Source: an uncultured Acidobacteriota bacterium | GTDB taxonomy: Bacteria > Acidobacteriota > Terriglobia > UBA7540 | NCBI GenBank assembly: GCA_963804995.1 | Contig: CAWDSK010000006.1 | Span: 1,024,001-1,088,000, forward strand | Length of the DNA: 64,000 bases | Direction: 5' to 3' | In this document: one piece after another, positions 8,240-19,195 of the stretch | How positions within the stretch are numbered: the stretch's first letter is position 1 | How the letters are laid out: the number at the start of each line of letters is the position of its first letter | Notes under the pieces: model-generated | What the model was told of the DNA's origin: nothing | The model's input: only the letters and a program-made list of their open reading frames with translations | Databases searched by the model: none | Position numbers and translations under genes: made by a program

Positions 8240-9751
8240 TTAAGCACCCTTGCTGCGTGCGGATGGATAGACGCGAGCTTCCGGCTTGAACGTCACATTC
8301 TCATCCAACGGGAAAATGGGTCGCGGGCACACCTTGTGTCCAAGGGATTTGAGGTTTGCGCTTGTGGCCCCGGGAGCGTCCACGTTGATGACTAGCTCGG
8401 ATCCCTCATTGAAAAACCGTGGCTGGCAGTGCGGCGACTTCACCACCACCGCATCGAAGCGCGCCGGATCCTGGCCGTGAGCCAGGAACAGCGAACGGTC
8501 GTACAGGCTTACGGGGCTGCTGGTCAGGACAATCGTATAGTTTCCAGATTCAAGCACTGCGGTTTTGCCGGAATACCACATGTCCCCATGGGATTCGCTG
8601 GGGAAGCGGCCGTCCGATAGCATCTTCACCCGGCCCTCCATGGGCAGCGGGCGAAACCGCACGGAGTCAAACGCGCCCCCCACGTTGACTTTGATTTTGG
8701 CATCCACCCCTGCTTCGAATGCCGCTTTGACGGCAGGAGGATCCACCACAGGAAGCAGGGTCCGGCGGCGGAAGCCCGCTTCCACTAGAGCCCTGAGAAT
8801 CGCATTGCTGTCCCCTGATGCGCCGGAGCTGGTAGCGTCGGCAGCATCGGTCAGCGTCACACGGCCCTTGGCGGCCGCAGCCAGACGAACGGTTTCTGCC
8901 AGGCTGGTCAGCTTGGATTGCAACTTCTCATGTACATTCCAAAAGTCATTCGCCAGGCGGAGGGCCTCGCGCGTGGCGAGCCCGGCATCTCCGTCCGTAA
9001 TCACCAAACTGTTCGTACCGAGTTCCGGCACGTCGGTGAAGGGATTGCCGATAAACATTCCGGCCGAAAGCCCGCCCGGACCTTTCTCCACAGCCTGCGC
9101 CTCACGCACCACCTTCCCGAACAGCCCGGTCACCGTAATCAATTCATCGCCGCGCACCAAGGCGGGAATATAGACACGCGCCATGACAGGACGGATTTCG
9201 CCGGCGAGTAGCCGGAGGAGGAGGCGCGCCGCACGCTGCCCGGTTTCAAAGAAGTCCACATGCGGGTAGGTGTGATAGAGCGTCAGCGCATCGCAGTTCT
9301 GGAGCATTTGTTCCGTCAAGATACCGTGCAGGTCGAGAGAAATCACCAGCGGGATCTTATCGCCCAGAATCTTGCGCGACTCTGCCAGGAGATAACCTTC
9401 CACATCGGGTACGCGCTCCGAAGCCAGCGCTCCGTGCAGTGAAAAATAGACCCCGTCCACCGGCCCCGCGCGGCGCACGCTATCCAGGAATCCGTCGGCA
9501 ATGCGCCTGAAACCGGCGTCGTCCAGGGTGCCCGCAGAAGTGCTGGTGCGAGCGCTGTAGCCCGGGACGATTTCCACTCCCGCCTGCGCCTCGAGCACAC
9601 TCAGCGCACCACCTGTCTCAGTTCCTATACCCCGATGGTAAGAGAGGATGTCCTTGCCAAGCGTTATGATGTAATCCTCGTAACGTCCCAGCACGGGATT
9701 AAAGGATGAAATCTCCTGCTTGCATTCGTTGACCAGAATTCTCTGCCCCAT
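8240..9751 (-). CDS. M81 family (MlrC-like) metallopeptidase
   Basis: QEISSFNP, LHGA, LDLHG, YHTYPHVD and VVKS motifs. Confidence 0.9.
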   Translation of the reverse strand: MGQRILVNECKQEISSFNPVLGRYEDYIITLGKDILSYHRGIGTETGGALSVLEAQAGVEIVPGYSARTSTSAGTLDDAGFRRIADGFLDSVRRAGPVDGVYFSLHGALASERVPDVEGYLLAESRKILGDKIPLVISLDLHGILTEQMLQNCDALTLYHTYPHVDFFETGQRAARLLLRLLAGEIRPVMARVYIPALVRGDELITVTGLFGKVVREAQAVEKGPGGLSAGMFIGNPFTDVPELGTNSLVITDGDAGLATREALRLANDFWNVHEKLQSKLTSLAETVRLAAAAKGRVTLTDAADATSSGASGDSNAILRALVEAGFRRRTLLPVVDPPAVKAAFEAGVDAKIKVNVGGAFDSVRFRPLPMEGRVKMLSDGRFPSESHGDMWYSGKTAVLESGNYTIVLTSSPVSLYDRSLFLAHGQDPARFDAVVVKSPHCQPRFFNEGSELVINVDAPGATSANLKSLGHKVCPRPIFPLDENVTFKPEARVYPSARSKGA

Positions 9752-9900
9752 CTACCACCTCGTATCGTCAGATTTCAAACGGATTGAAATATTGTACCTT
9801 ATAGCTGCCATTGTTTATGGTCAATTCCCTCGCGTTGTGACCAGATACATGCCAAAATGCGGCACGTATTCGCCACCCGCGAAACTCAAGGAGGCATTAC

Positions 9901-11214
9901 ATGGGAGAAGAAAATCGTCGGTCGTTTGTGAAAAAGATGGGGGCAGCTTCGACGCTTGCCGCCGGAGGGTTCTTGAATTGGAACCCGCGAGCCATGGGGG
10001 CCAATGAAAAGGTCGTGCTCGGGCTCATCGGAGGACGAAATCAAGGTCGAGGAGACACCCTACGCGCTATCAAAGTAGGAGCTGAAATCAAGACTTTCTG
10101 CGATCTCGATCAGGCCATCCTCGATAAGGTCAATCCGGATTTCGAAAAAGCCCAGAACAAAGCGCCCGGAACGACCAAAGAGTTCAGGCGGTTGCTGGAC
10201 GATAAGGACATCGACGGCGTCATCATTGCGACCCCCGACCACTGGCACACCCACCTTACACTTCTGGCCTGCCAGGCGGGAAAGGATGTCTATATCGAGA
10301 AGCCGTTGACCCAGACGATTCACGAAGGACACTTGATGCGTGATGCCGCGCGCAAGTATAAACGAGTCGTCCAGGTGGGCACGATGGGCCGGAGCGCTGA
10401 ACACTATCGCACCGCGGTGGAATATGTGAAGTCAGGGAAGCTGGGAAAAATCTGTGAGATCAATACGTGGACATGCCAGGTGCGCGAAAGCATCGGCAAC
10501 CCACCCGACACCGCACCGCCCGACACCGTGGACTATGACGTTTGGCTGGGTCCGGCGCCCCTGCGGCCTTTCAACCCCAACCGTTTCCACTACACTTGGC
10601 GTTTCTTCTGGGACTACGGCAACAGTGAGCTGGGCAACATGGGCGTGCACATGCTGGACGTGGCCATGTGGGGTATCGAGTCGCTGCGCGGCCTGGAGAA
10701 CAGCCTTCCCACCCGCATTTCCGGCGCCTCCGGAATCTACTGGCTGAAAGATGCGAAGGAGGTGCCCGACACGCAAGTCATGACCTACAACTTTGGCGAT
10801 TTCCTGCTGACTTGGGAACTCCGCAGTTTTGCCCAGCAGAACCCCTTGAACGGAAAATCGGATGGCATCTCTTTCAACGGCTCCAACGCTTCGCTGGTCG
10901 CGAGCAACGATGGTTGGAAAGTCTACGACAAGGATGGGAAGATAGGACCGGTTTTTGAAGCCACCGACCCCTACACATTCAGCGGCTTACACGAGAAGAA
11001 TTTTATCGATTGCATCCGCAGCCGCGACACGCCCCATGCAGACGTGGAGATCGGCAGGCTTTCCACCACGATCTGCCACCTGGGAAACATCTGCACGCAT
11101 CTCGGTCGGGATCTCGTCTTCGACCCGAAAACCGAAACTTTTGGAAATGACAAGGCGGCCAATGCCTTGCTGAGGAAGGAGTATCGAAAATCCTATCCGT
11201 TGCCCAAGGTTTGA
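9901..11214 (+). CDS. Gfo/Idh/MocA family oxidoreductase, Tat-exported
   Basis: NRRSFVK twin-arginine signal; ATPDHWH, EKP and GVHMLD motifs. Confidence 0.93.
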   Translation: MGEENRRSFVKKMGAASTLAAGGFLNWNPRAMGANEKVVLGLIGGRNQGRGDTLRAIKVGAEIKTFCDLDQAILDKVNPDFEKAQNKAPGTTKEFRRLLDDKDIDGVIIATPDHWHTHLTLLACQAGKDVYIEKPLTQTIHEGHLMRDAARKYKRVVQVGTMGRSAEHYRTAVEYVKSGKLGKICEINTWTCQVRESIGNPPDTAPPDTVDYDVWLGPAPLRPFNPNRFHYTWRFFWDYGNSELGNMGVHMLDVAMWGIESLRGLENSLPTRISGASGIYWLKDAKEVPDTQVMTYNFGDFLLTWELRSFAQQNPLNGKSDGISFNGSNASLVASNDGWKVYDKDGKIGPVFEATDPYTFSGLHEKNFIDCIRSRDTPHADVEIGRLSTTICHLGNICTHLGRDLVFDPKTETFGNDKAANALLRKEYRKSYPLPKV

Positions 11215-11230
11215 GGTGCACCAATTTGAC

Positions 11231-11299
11231 GTAGAGGCGGCTGCATTCATCCCGATCTTATCGGGACGCCGCCATTTGGCGAGGTAAACTCGCCGCTAC
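11231..11299 (-). repeat. 69-bp GTAG-ended REPIN-like element with nested TCCCGAT-N3-ATCGGGA; copy at 34527-34595
   Basis: Its reverse complement is nearly identical to 34527-34595. Confidence 0.85.
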
Positions 11300-11346
11300 G
11301 AATCTAACTGACCGACAACTCACGATTTACCACTAAGGAGAACGAT

Positions 11347-12321
11347 ATGCGACAACGATTATCGAGGCGAGAATTCGTGCAAGTATCTTCCGCGGCCGCC
11401 TGGGCGTGCGCCGTTCCGCATTCCGCAGGCGCGGTGGCATCTCCCCCTGCCCCCGGGCCGTTCCGCGGGACCTTCTGCCTATTCTCGAAGGCAGTCCCTC
11501 AGTTGAATTGGCAAGAACTGGGGCAGAAAGCCAAGCGCTCGGGCTTCGGTGGTATCGACCTGACGGTTCGCGCCGAGGGCCATGTGTTACCGCCGCGAGT
11601 CGTGGAAGATCTGCCCAAAGCTGTCGCGGCCATCCGTGCGGAAGGTTTGGAAGTACCGATGATTACCACGGAGTTGACCTCCGCCGAGGATCCCGCCGCA
11701 CGTCCCATCCTCAGCACCGCCGCCAAGCTCTCCATTCCCTTCTTCAAACCGGGGTATTACCAATACAAGTTCGTGGACGTTCGCAAAGAGCTGGAAGAAG
11801 CAGGGAAGCAATTTCGCGGCTTGGCACACTTGGCGCAGGAGGTGGGGATTCAAGTGGGGTTCCACAATCACTCGGGAAATCTGGGGGCCCCCATCTGGGA
11901 CATCTCGCGTGTGATGGACACCCTGGACCCGAAGTGGGCAGGCTTTTACTTCGACCTGGAACACGCCACCATTGAGGGTGGCCTGGCAGGCTGGAAGATA
12001 GCCGCCAACCTGGTCATGCCGCGCATGAAGATGATGGCGGTCAAGGACTACTATTGGCAGAAATCAAGCACGGGAAAATGGGAGACGCGGAACGTTCACC
12101 TGGGCGAAGGGATGTGCCACTACAAGGAGTTCCTGAGGATGGCCGCGCAAGGGGGCTTTCACGGTCCCATCTCTCTTCATCTCGAATACCAGACCCCCGG
12201 CGTGACCGACAACGAGGGAAGGGCCCTTTCACGCGAGAAGGATGACGAGGTCATGGCCTCTGCCAAAGGGGATCTCGACCACCTGAAGTCGCTGGTTCAC
12301 GAAGCGTACGGGGGCGTGTGA
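11347..12321 (+). CDS. Sugar phosphate isomerase/epimerase (xylose-isomerase-like TIM barrel), Tat-exported
   Basis: SRREFV signal; GFGGIDLTVR, FHNH, FDLEH, VKD and LHLE motifs. Confidence 0.88.
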   Translation: MRQRLSRREFVQVSSAAAWACAVPHSAGAVASPPAPGPFRGTFCLFSKAVPQLNWQELGQKAKRSGFGGIDLTVRAEGHVLPPRVVEDLPKAVAAIRAEGLEVPMITTELTSAEDPAARPILSTAAKLSIPFFKPGYYQYKFVDVRKELEEAGKQFRGLAHLAQEVGIQVGFHNHSGNLGAPIWDISRVMDTLDPKWAGFYFDLEHATIEGGLAGWKIAANLVMPRMKMMAVKDYYWQKSSTGKWETRNVHLGEGMCHYKEFLRMAAQGGFHGPISLHLEYQTPGVTDNEGRALSREKDDEVMASAKGDLDHLKSLVHEAYGGV

Positions 12322-12468
12322 CCGCGTACATGCAAAAATGCGGCACGTATGCGCCAGCAGCGAGCGCACAAGCTGACGCCGGCTCGTCTACCTATTTGAC
12401 TTTGCCCAGTTTGAGGATTTAATATACGGTCATAACAGGTAGGCTGACCAAGGGAGGAGGGGCTGTCG

Positions 12469-12771
12469 ATGTCAACGATTTCCTCCGTTATTCCCCGTCG
12501 GTGGGATCGCCAACCAGCGAATAGCCGAATCGGTCTCGTCTTGAAAGGCGGCCACGTCAAGACGGACGATTCAGCAATCACCGTCGACATTTCCGTGCGC
12601 GGCGCGAGCGTTCGGACCACGCTCATGCTGGTTCCAGGAAACTGGGTGGGAGTCGTCCCCAGCGGGGAATTCCCGCATGCCATCCCCAGTCGGGTGGTTT
12701 GGGTGCGGGAAGATGAGTACAGCCATTGGACCTTTGCGGGGCTTGAGTTCTTAGACACCTTGGAACATTAG
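12469..12771 (+). CDS. PilZ domain protein
   Basis: RRWDR (RxxxR), DISVRG (DxSxxG), RVVW and GLEF; SD GGAGG. Confidence 0.85.
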   Translation: MSTISSVIPRRWDRQPANSRIGLVLKGGHVKTDDSAITVDISVRGASVRTTLMLVPGNWVGVVPSGEFPHAIPSRVVWVREDEYSHWTFAGLEFLDTLEH

Positions 12772-13165
12772 AAAATGCCCTTCAGGGCTCGCCTTTCCGG
12801 TGTCTGATTGGAATTCCAAAACCCCAGCAACGCACCTTTGTGTCCCCACCAATTTAGTGGCAGGGCCCGAAGCCGTTTAGAACAACGTCCCATTCTTGTA
12901 GCCTCCGACGCGGACCCAGGCATACGCGCTGCCCTGCAACCGGACGGCCCAGAAATCAAAGTCGGCAGAAGCACGGTCCCCCACCCGCGCTTGCTGGGGA
13001 CGCGGTGGTGTCGCGGCCGGGGATGCGGGGGGACACCCGCGCTGCAACCCGGCCGGCAGCTTGGCGCATCAGCCGGAGCCGCTACGAAGAAATCCTATTC
13101 GCGTATACAATAGGCGGGCCATAAAGGCGTAAGGGGTTAAAACCAGTTCCCAGGAGTCATCCACG

Positions 13166-15170
13166 ATGTTGACCCGAACCATGTTGACGCTCGGCCTTCT
13201 GCTGGCGGGCCTTTGTTCTGCAGTACCCGGTGTTGCCCGGTCGCAGAAACCGGCCCTCGATTCTTCCTTCGATGCGCTTTTTGCCATGCAGGCGATTCGC
13301 GAGGTTACCATTTCGCCGGATGGCCAGCGCGTCGCCTGGGTCGAATCCCTTCACGGGGCCAAGGGTGCGCCCCTGCCTCATTCCGCCATCTACGTGAGGA
13401 CCTTATCGACTCCTGAAGCCAAGCCCACCCGCATCACGGCGGACTGTGGCAATCAAGCCTGCGAAGAGCATGACATCGCGTGGTCGCCGGACAGTCACGA
13501 GCTGGCTTTCCTCTCCGACGCGCAATCTTCGGAGCAGCTTGAGCTGTACGTCGCCAGCGCCGGGGGCGGTGCGGCGCGAAGACTCACCCACCTGACGGGC
13601 GCCCTCGCCAAACCCGAGTGGTCCCCCGACGGCAAGACCGTGGCGATCCTCTTCACTGAGAACGCGCCCCGCACGCCGGGTCCCTTTGCCCCCATGACCC
13701 TTCCTTCCGGCGTTATCGGGGGGAAAGTTTACGAGCAACGTGTGGCCACAGTGGAGCTCGAACTCGGGCCGGGTGCGGCAGATTTCACCCCCCAACCTCT
13801 ACGTTCACCAATACGAATGGTCGCCGGATGGAAAGAAGTTCGTGGCCACCGCGGCGCCGGGCGAAGGCGACTCCGGCTGGTACGTGGCGGAGATATACAC
13901 CTTTGATGTGGCGTCGGGCGAAGCGCGCTCGATTTACAAGCCGCCGCATCAGGTGGCCTTCCCGCGCTGGTCGCCGGACGGCAAATCCATCGCCTTCATC
14001 ATGGGCTTGATGAGCGACGAAGGCTCAAACGGCGGTGAGGTTTACCTCATTCCGGCCTCAGGCGGCGAGGCGCGGGACCTCACGCCGGGCATCAAGGCGT
14101 CACCCTGCTGGCTGGCGTGGCAGGCGGGAGGCAAGGAAATCCTCTTGCTTGAGAACCTCGACGGCGCGAGCGGCATTGCCACACTCAACGTTGCCATCGG
14201 CCAAGTCACACCCGTCTGGAGCGGCCCGGAAACGCTTTCCGCGGGCGGGTCGAACTTCTGGCTCTCCCTCGCGAGCGATGGCACAACCTGCGCCGTCGTC
14301 CGCGACTCCTACGCGAGGCCGCCGGAAGTTTGGGCTGGACCGATGGGCCATTGGGCACAGGTGACGAACCTCAACCACGGATTGCGTCCGGGCTGGGGAA
14401 AGGTGGAAAGCATCCACTGGCCGAACGAAGGTTTCACCATTCAAGGTTGGCTGGTCTACCCGAGCGACTACGATCCCGCGCGGCGGTATCCCATGGTGGT
14501 GATGGTGCACGGCGGGCCCAGCTCCATGGCGCGTCCGCGTTGGGCGAGGACATTTTACGATCTCACCCTGTTGTCACAGCAGGGCTACTTCATTCTGAAC
14601 CCCAATCCGCGCGGGAGCTACGGGCAAGGTGAGGCCTTTACGCGCTCGAACGTCCGCGACTTCGGCTATGGCGATTTCCGTGACATCCTTGCCGGGGTTG
14701 ACTATGTGGTGAAGAATTTTCCCGTGGACGACCACCGCGTGGGCATCACCGGATGGAGTTATGGCGGCTACATGACCATGTGGGCCGTCACCCAAACCAC
14801 CCGTTTCCGTGCCGCCGTGACGGGGGCCGGCATGTCCGACTTGCTGAGCTATTACGGCGAGAATGACATCGACCAGTGGATCATTCCCTTCTTCGGCGCC
14901 CCGGTTTACGACGATCCGGAAATCTATGCCCGCAGCTCCCCCATCACCTTCATCAAGAAGGTGAAAACTCCCACTCTCATCCTGGTGGGCGACCGGGACG
15001 GCGAGTGCCCGGCGCCGCAGTCCTTCGAGTTCTGGCATGCGCTCCGGGACCTGGGGGTGGAAAACCAGTTCGTCGTTTACCCCAACGAGGGCCACAACAT
15101 CGAAGACCCGGAACACCGGCGCGACATCTTTGACCGCACCGTCGAGTGGTTTAATCATTACCTGAAGTAG
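13166..15170 (+). CDS. S9 family (prolyl oligopeptidase/acylaminoacyl) peptidase, +1 frameshift near 13760
   Basis: Signal peptide and WSPDG propeller repeats in ORF 13166-13906 continue into ORF 13740-15170, which has VHGGP, GWSYGG, D and EGH; the frames differ by one base. Confidence 0.9.
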
Positions 15171-15339
15171 CGGTCGCCATCGCAGGTGGCGCAAACGTGC
15201 CGGTACTCCGGGTCGGGATGTATGCAGCCTTTGAAGGAAGCAAGATGACCGAGTACACCGGCAGAGACATTATTAAGGCCTCTCAGGCATCTGCATGATA
15301 TCACCCGCCGCGGCGACAGAGGGCCCGCTGGCATAACTG

Positions 15340-15528
15340 GTAGCGCAGAGTCTCACGTCCTTCGAGACTCTGCGGCTTTTCGTTTATTGGGTGTGACTTC
15401 GGATCAGCACCTACGACCCCAGAGAAATCGGATTAGTACGGGACTTGTCATAGCCACAAGTTAATATGACAGTGAATGTTTATCATATTGAGAACCGCAG
15501 AGTCTGAAAGGCACAGACTCTGCGCTAC
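15340..15528 (+). mobile_element. 189-bp GTAG...CTAC REPIN/MITE-like element; diverged inverted copy at 61555-61744
   Basis: Terminal hairpins CGCAGAGTCT...AGACTCTGCG at both ends; interior colinear with the second copy. Confidence 0.8.
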
Positions 15529-15814
15529 CCGCTGGAGCAACAAATGTCTTCTCCAAGATGGGCGACGGTTGGCTTGACCGACCATATCGCCCGATCAAGT
15601 CCGCGCTTTCGCCTGACGGCTACGGCGGGCCACACAAATGGTGGGCACCAAACGACAATTCGACGTTTACGCCCGTTCCAGATGACGAGCTTTTCCTTTT
15701 TGAGGAGGCCATATTGAGGCCATATTTCGATATTGAGCTGTCAAAGTTCGCAATCACATGATACTTGATACTCTGACTAGCGGACTGTAGGTCACCATCG
15801 TGCGCTACGAGCAT

Positions 15815-17416
15815 CTACCATGTGTCTTCCACGACAGAATGCATAGAATCGTCCTTTCCGACGCGGAAATGACGCCCTGCGGCATCTGAAAATTCACTGT
15901 TCACCGTGACCACAATCAATTGGCGGTCGAGCAAATCGTTGAAAAGAGCTTTAAGCTTCCGGCAGTTGGTTGGGTCCATGTGGCGCGTGGGCTCATCCAA
16001 AACCAAGAAATTGATTCCTCGGGCCGCGACACGAAGCAACCCATAGCGGAGCGACAACGCCAAGATGTCTTTCGCGGCACCGCTGAGGTTAAAGATGGGT
16101 ACGTCTCTTCCGTGGAGCTGCACGGAGACATTCAAATCTCCGTCGATCACGACAGCCGCGTCGTTGTCGCCGTCGTGGAACCGCGCCAAGAAATCGTTCA
16201 TGCCGAGCATCAATTGCGTCACCAGGCGCTTCCGTAGCGACCTGCGGAATTGCTGGATCACGTCTTCTAGCTCGGCAAGGAAAGAAATTTCTGACTTCGT
16301 TTCTTCAACTTGTTGCGGTTTCTTTCCAAAGGTCCTTGCCTGCTTGCGTAGCTTCTTCAGCCGTGATTCATCTGACTCGATTTGGCTCACCAGCGTTCGA
16401 TGTGTGGCTTTTGATTCTCTCAGGTCCCCGAGCGTTTCGTACGAACTTGTGAAATCCTCCTCACTCAGCCTCGCTTCCTGCCTTCTTAAATCCTTCCGTA
16501 TGTGGGATAGCTGCCTTTGTATCTCCCTAATGGATTTGCTTAATACCTCAAGCCGGGATCTTCTCAGTGCAGGCGAAATCGGTTGTGTACATGTTGGGCA
16601 TCTCCCCTTCTTTACTGCTAGCAGGAGATCTTGCACGATGCGGAGCTTAGTGTCGGCCCCAAGCTCTTTGTGTTGGAGAATTGCAATTGCATTGTCAGAT
16701 GAGCGCTCGTCCAGCCGGAGAGTGCTTAGATCCTTGGGTGCGATGCGCTCGAGGTTGCGGATCGAGCCTCCAAGCTCGTGCACCTCTTCTTTACGTGATT
16801 CGATGTCTTCTTCCAGCTCTTCCACGTGCGCCAGAAACGCCCCGAGTTGTCCGGAAGTCAGATCTTCGAGGAAGAGCGATAGGCTTTTCTTCGTCTGCCG
16901 CAGGGACTCAATGCGACTTTTCCATTCTTCCACCCCGAGCAAGCGTTCAATAAACACTCGCCGCTCCTCGGGCGAGAAGTCTAAACTTTTTCGAAGTTCG
17001 TCCTGGTCTGAAAAGAAAATATTCTGGAATAGCTTCACGTCCACCCCCGCAAGGGAGATCAGCTTTTCCGTGACAGTGCGGGTCCCTGATGCGACGAATT
17101 CGCCCTCTCTCCGCAGAGTGACTTCCCGCATAGGAAGCGATCTTTTGAGGCAGTACTCGTGCCCGTCCAACCCAAAGGACAGCTCCACGCTCGCTTGGCT
17201 CGATCCTTCGTTGATCAGATGTTCGATCTTGACCGGAGTTCCAGCAACTCGCTTAGGGAAGACATCGGCACCAAAAAGCGCGAACCCGATGGCATCGACA
17301 ATGCTGCTCTTACCCTGCCAGTTTTGGCCGAAGATATAGTTCTGACCCGGCGAAAACTGGAGATGTGCTTGGGAGAAAGACCGGAAATTGTCGATCTTTA
17401 GGTTAGTGATGATCAG
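15815..17416 (-). CDS. SMC/Rad50/SbcC-like ATPase (~533 aa), probable CTG start
   Basis: Walker A GQNWQGKS, Q-loop, CPTC zinc hook, LSGAA signature, Walker B LVLDEPT; homology begins at (L)IITNLKIDNFRSF, preceded by AAGGA. Confidence 0.88.
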   Translation of the reverse strand: MIITNLKIDNFRSFSQAHLQFSPGQNYIFGQNWQGKSSIVDAIGFALFGADVFPKRVAGTPVKIEHLINEGSSQASVELSFGLDGHEYCLKRSLPMREVTLRREGEFVASGTRTVTEKLISLAGVDVKLFQNIFFSDQDELRKSLDFSPEERRVFIERLLGVEEWKSRIESLRQTKKSLSLFLEDLTSGQLGAFLAHVEELEEDIESRKEEVHELGGSIRNLERIAPKDLSTLRLDERSSDNAIAILQHKELGADTKLRIVQDLLLAVKKGRCPTCTQPISPALRRSRLEVLSKSIREIQRQLSHIRKDLRRQEARLSEEDFTSSYETLGDLRESKATHRTLVSQIESDESRLKKLRKQARTFGKKPQQVEETKSEISFLAELEDVIQQFRRSLRKRLVTQLMLGMNDFLARFHDGDNDAAVVIDGDLNVSVQLHGRDVPIFNLSGAAKDILALSLRYGLLRVAARGINFLVLDEPTRHMDPTNCRKLKALFNDLLDRQLIVVTVNSEFSDAAGRHFRVGKDDSMHSVVEDTW

Positions 17417-18509
17417 ACGACAATATCCTTTCTCGAATGGCTTCGAAGAGCTCCTCGCCTTCGGTGTGCTCCAGGTAATGCTTCGCCTTTGCGAGTCTTC
17501 TTCCCTTAAATGCCCGATGCAGGAATTGCATGATGCTCGCCCCACGGCGTGTTTCTGCGGCAGTCTTCGCCTGTGTTGAATAACGCAGATCAATGAAGTA
17601 ATCGAATAACTCCCTTTCTCGGAGTAGCGGTAGAATTTCTGCTTTGGATAGCCCATGTTTCGCCTTGAGAGTCCCGAAAATCCGGATGTACACAAACGCT
17701 CCGGCGCACGCCTTCTGCTTTTCAAGATCGCGGGCTATTGCCAAAAGGAGCTCCTGACTCGCGATGGGAGATGCGTCGTATTCTAAAACGATCACATGCC
17801 GAGTTTTGGTTAGCGCAAACCGGTCCACGCGTCCCGTCTTGGAGTCATACACGACAACGAACTTCTCCGACTGATCGAGCATGTTCTGCACTTCAGTTGA
17901 ACCTGGCATCACGCAATTGCCGGTATGCTCATAGACGTGGTGGTGTCCGACAAAGGCCTTGGCAAATCCCTCGCCGATAGACCCGTCCACCTCCCATAAC
18001 TGAGGCGGAATGGACCGTGCGCCTTTGATGAAGTTGTGGAGCAAGAGGATTTTGCATTGGGCCCGCGAAGTCTTCCGCAGGGCCTCAGCAATTCGCGGGA
18101 CCTCCCCAGGATCTTGTTGCCACGGGACACCACAGATGGAGATGTCGCCAGTGTTGAACTCCGTCCCGCGAAGCACCTGCATGAAACCGAGGCTTTCCAA
18201 TGCACTGAGCTCTCCCGCTTCGCGCCCCCTCCCGAATTCGTGGTTCCCCGGAATTGCTATTAACGGGACTCTTTCTTTCTTAAGTTGAATCAGAGTCGGG
18301 GAAATCTCTTTAAGGATTTCAGCGAATGCGTCTACGTTTCTCCGGGTCGCCGCTGAATCGAACACGTCTCCCAAGAGACAGATAACTTCTGCCCCGTTTT
18401 CCCGGCAAAGACTGACGGCCTTAGTGAATGCGGTGGAAAAGTCTGCACGGCGCTTGGTTGAGTAGTCAGTAGACCCCAGGTGGGTATCGCCAATCACCCC
18501 GAGTAGCAT
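17403..18509 (-). CDS. Mre11/SbcD-like metallophosphoesterase nuclease (368 aa)
   Basis: GDTHLG, GDVFD, GNHE, LLH and GHHH motifs; ATG at 18509 with GAGG SD; overlaps the Rad50-like gene. Confidence 0.9.
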   Translation of the reverse strand: MLLGVIGDTHLGSTDYSTKRRADFSTAFTKAVSLCRENGAEVICLLGDVFDSAATRRNVDAFAEILKEISPTLIQLKKERVPLIAIPGNHEFGRGREAGELSALESLGFMQVLRGTEFNTGDISICGVPWQQDPGEVPRIAEALRKTSRAQCKILLLHNFIKGARSIPPQLWEVDGSIGEGFAKAFVGHHHVYEHTGNCVMPGSTEVQNMLDQSEKFVVVYDSKTGRVDRFALTKTRHVIVLEYDASPIASQELLLAIARDLEKQKACAGAFVYIRIFGTLKAKHGLSKAEILPLLRERELFDYFIDLRYSTQAKTAAETRRGASIMQFLHRAFKGRRLAKAKHYLEHTEGEELFEAIRERILSSDHH

Positions 18510-18940
18510 GTTCCGCCTCGATGAGAGGTTGCCTAAGGCACGGCACGCGTTGCCGCCCGTAATATAGCTCAAAATCAGGATAGCGCCCAGCGGTAAGCAA
18601 CCTCGCCGTCCCCGGATGAAAGTGCACGCTGAAGAAATGCACTTGGCCGTATTACGGCCTTGTCGGAAACTGGCCGCTGCCGTGTATACGTGACTCCTCA
18701 ATAAGGAATTGCACCTGCCTCGTCTTCTTGAGTTTACGAACGCCGCGTTGCGGTTCAAATTACACTGACACACGAAATCTGTAGAGCCTGCTCTAGAGTT
18801 TTTTGCCGCATCCCTGAGACTCTCAAGACCTGGCTCCCCTCAGACTGATGATTTCGGCGCCATTTTATCGCGGTGCTGACACACCCTCTGCTCACGGGCA
18901 CCCGCTCCGCTGGGCGACGGAGGATTTCAAAATTCGGTGC

Positions 18941-18968
18941 TTGACTTTGTTTACTTGTGCGGTATAAT
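18941..18968 (+). promoter_or_regulatory. Sigma70-like promoter
   Basis: TTGACT-N16-TATAAT. Confidence 0.55.
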
Positions 18969-19111
18969 CTTAATCGTACTGTGTGGTCCGGCTCGGCAGG
19001 AAGGCGCGGAGAGGGCGAGGCAGGGCCGGGCAATTGGGCAGGAAGGGAGTTATGTAGCCGCGGCGACACGAGGATTTCGCAGCGCCTTTATGTCCGACCA
19101 TGACGTCTTTC

Positions 19112-19195
19112 TCCCAAAGCCGAGAACATACTGAAAACAAAGGGCGGGGAGAGACAAATTTCGTTTCCCAAAGCCGAGAACATCCAGAAAACAAA
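19112..19195 (+). repeat. Two 30-bp direct repeats, 54 bp apart
   Basis: TCCCAAAGCCGAGAACAT(AC/CC)(T/A)GAAAACAAA at 19112 and 19166. Confidence 0.75.

Noticed and set aside
15558..15761. 67-aa ORF
   Set aside because: Possibly a gene fragment, but it has no clear SD or recognisable motif.
16065..17339. 424-aa plus-strand ORF and similar long antisense ORFs
   Set aside because: Shadow frames of real genes; Ser/Arg-rich with no motifs.
17417..17725. N-terminal extension of the Rad50-like ORF given in the track
   Set aside because: It overlaps the Mre11-like gene by ~300 nt and is not protein-like; homology begins at 17416.
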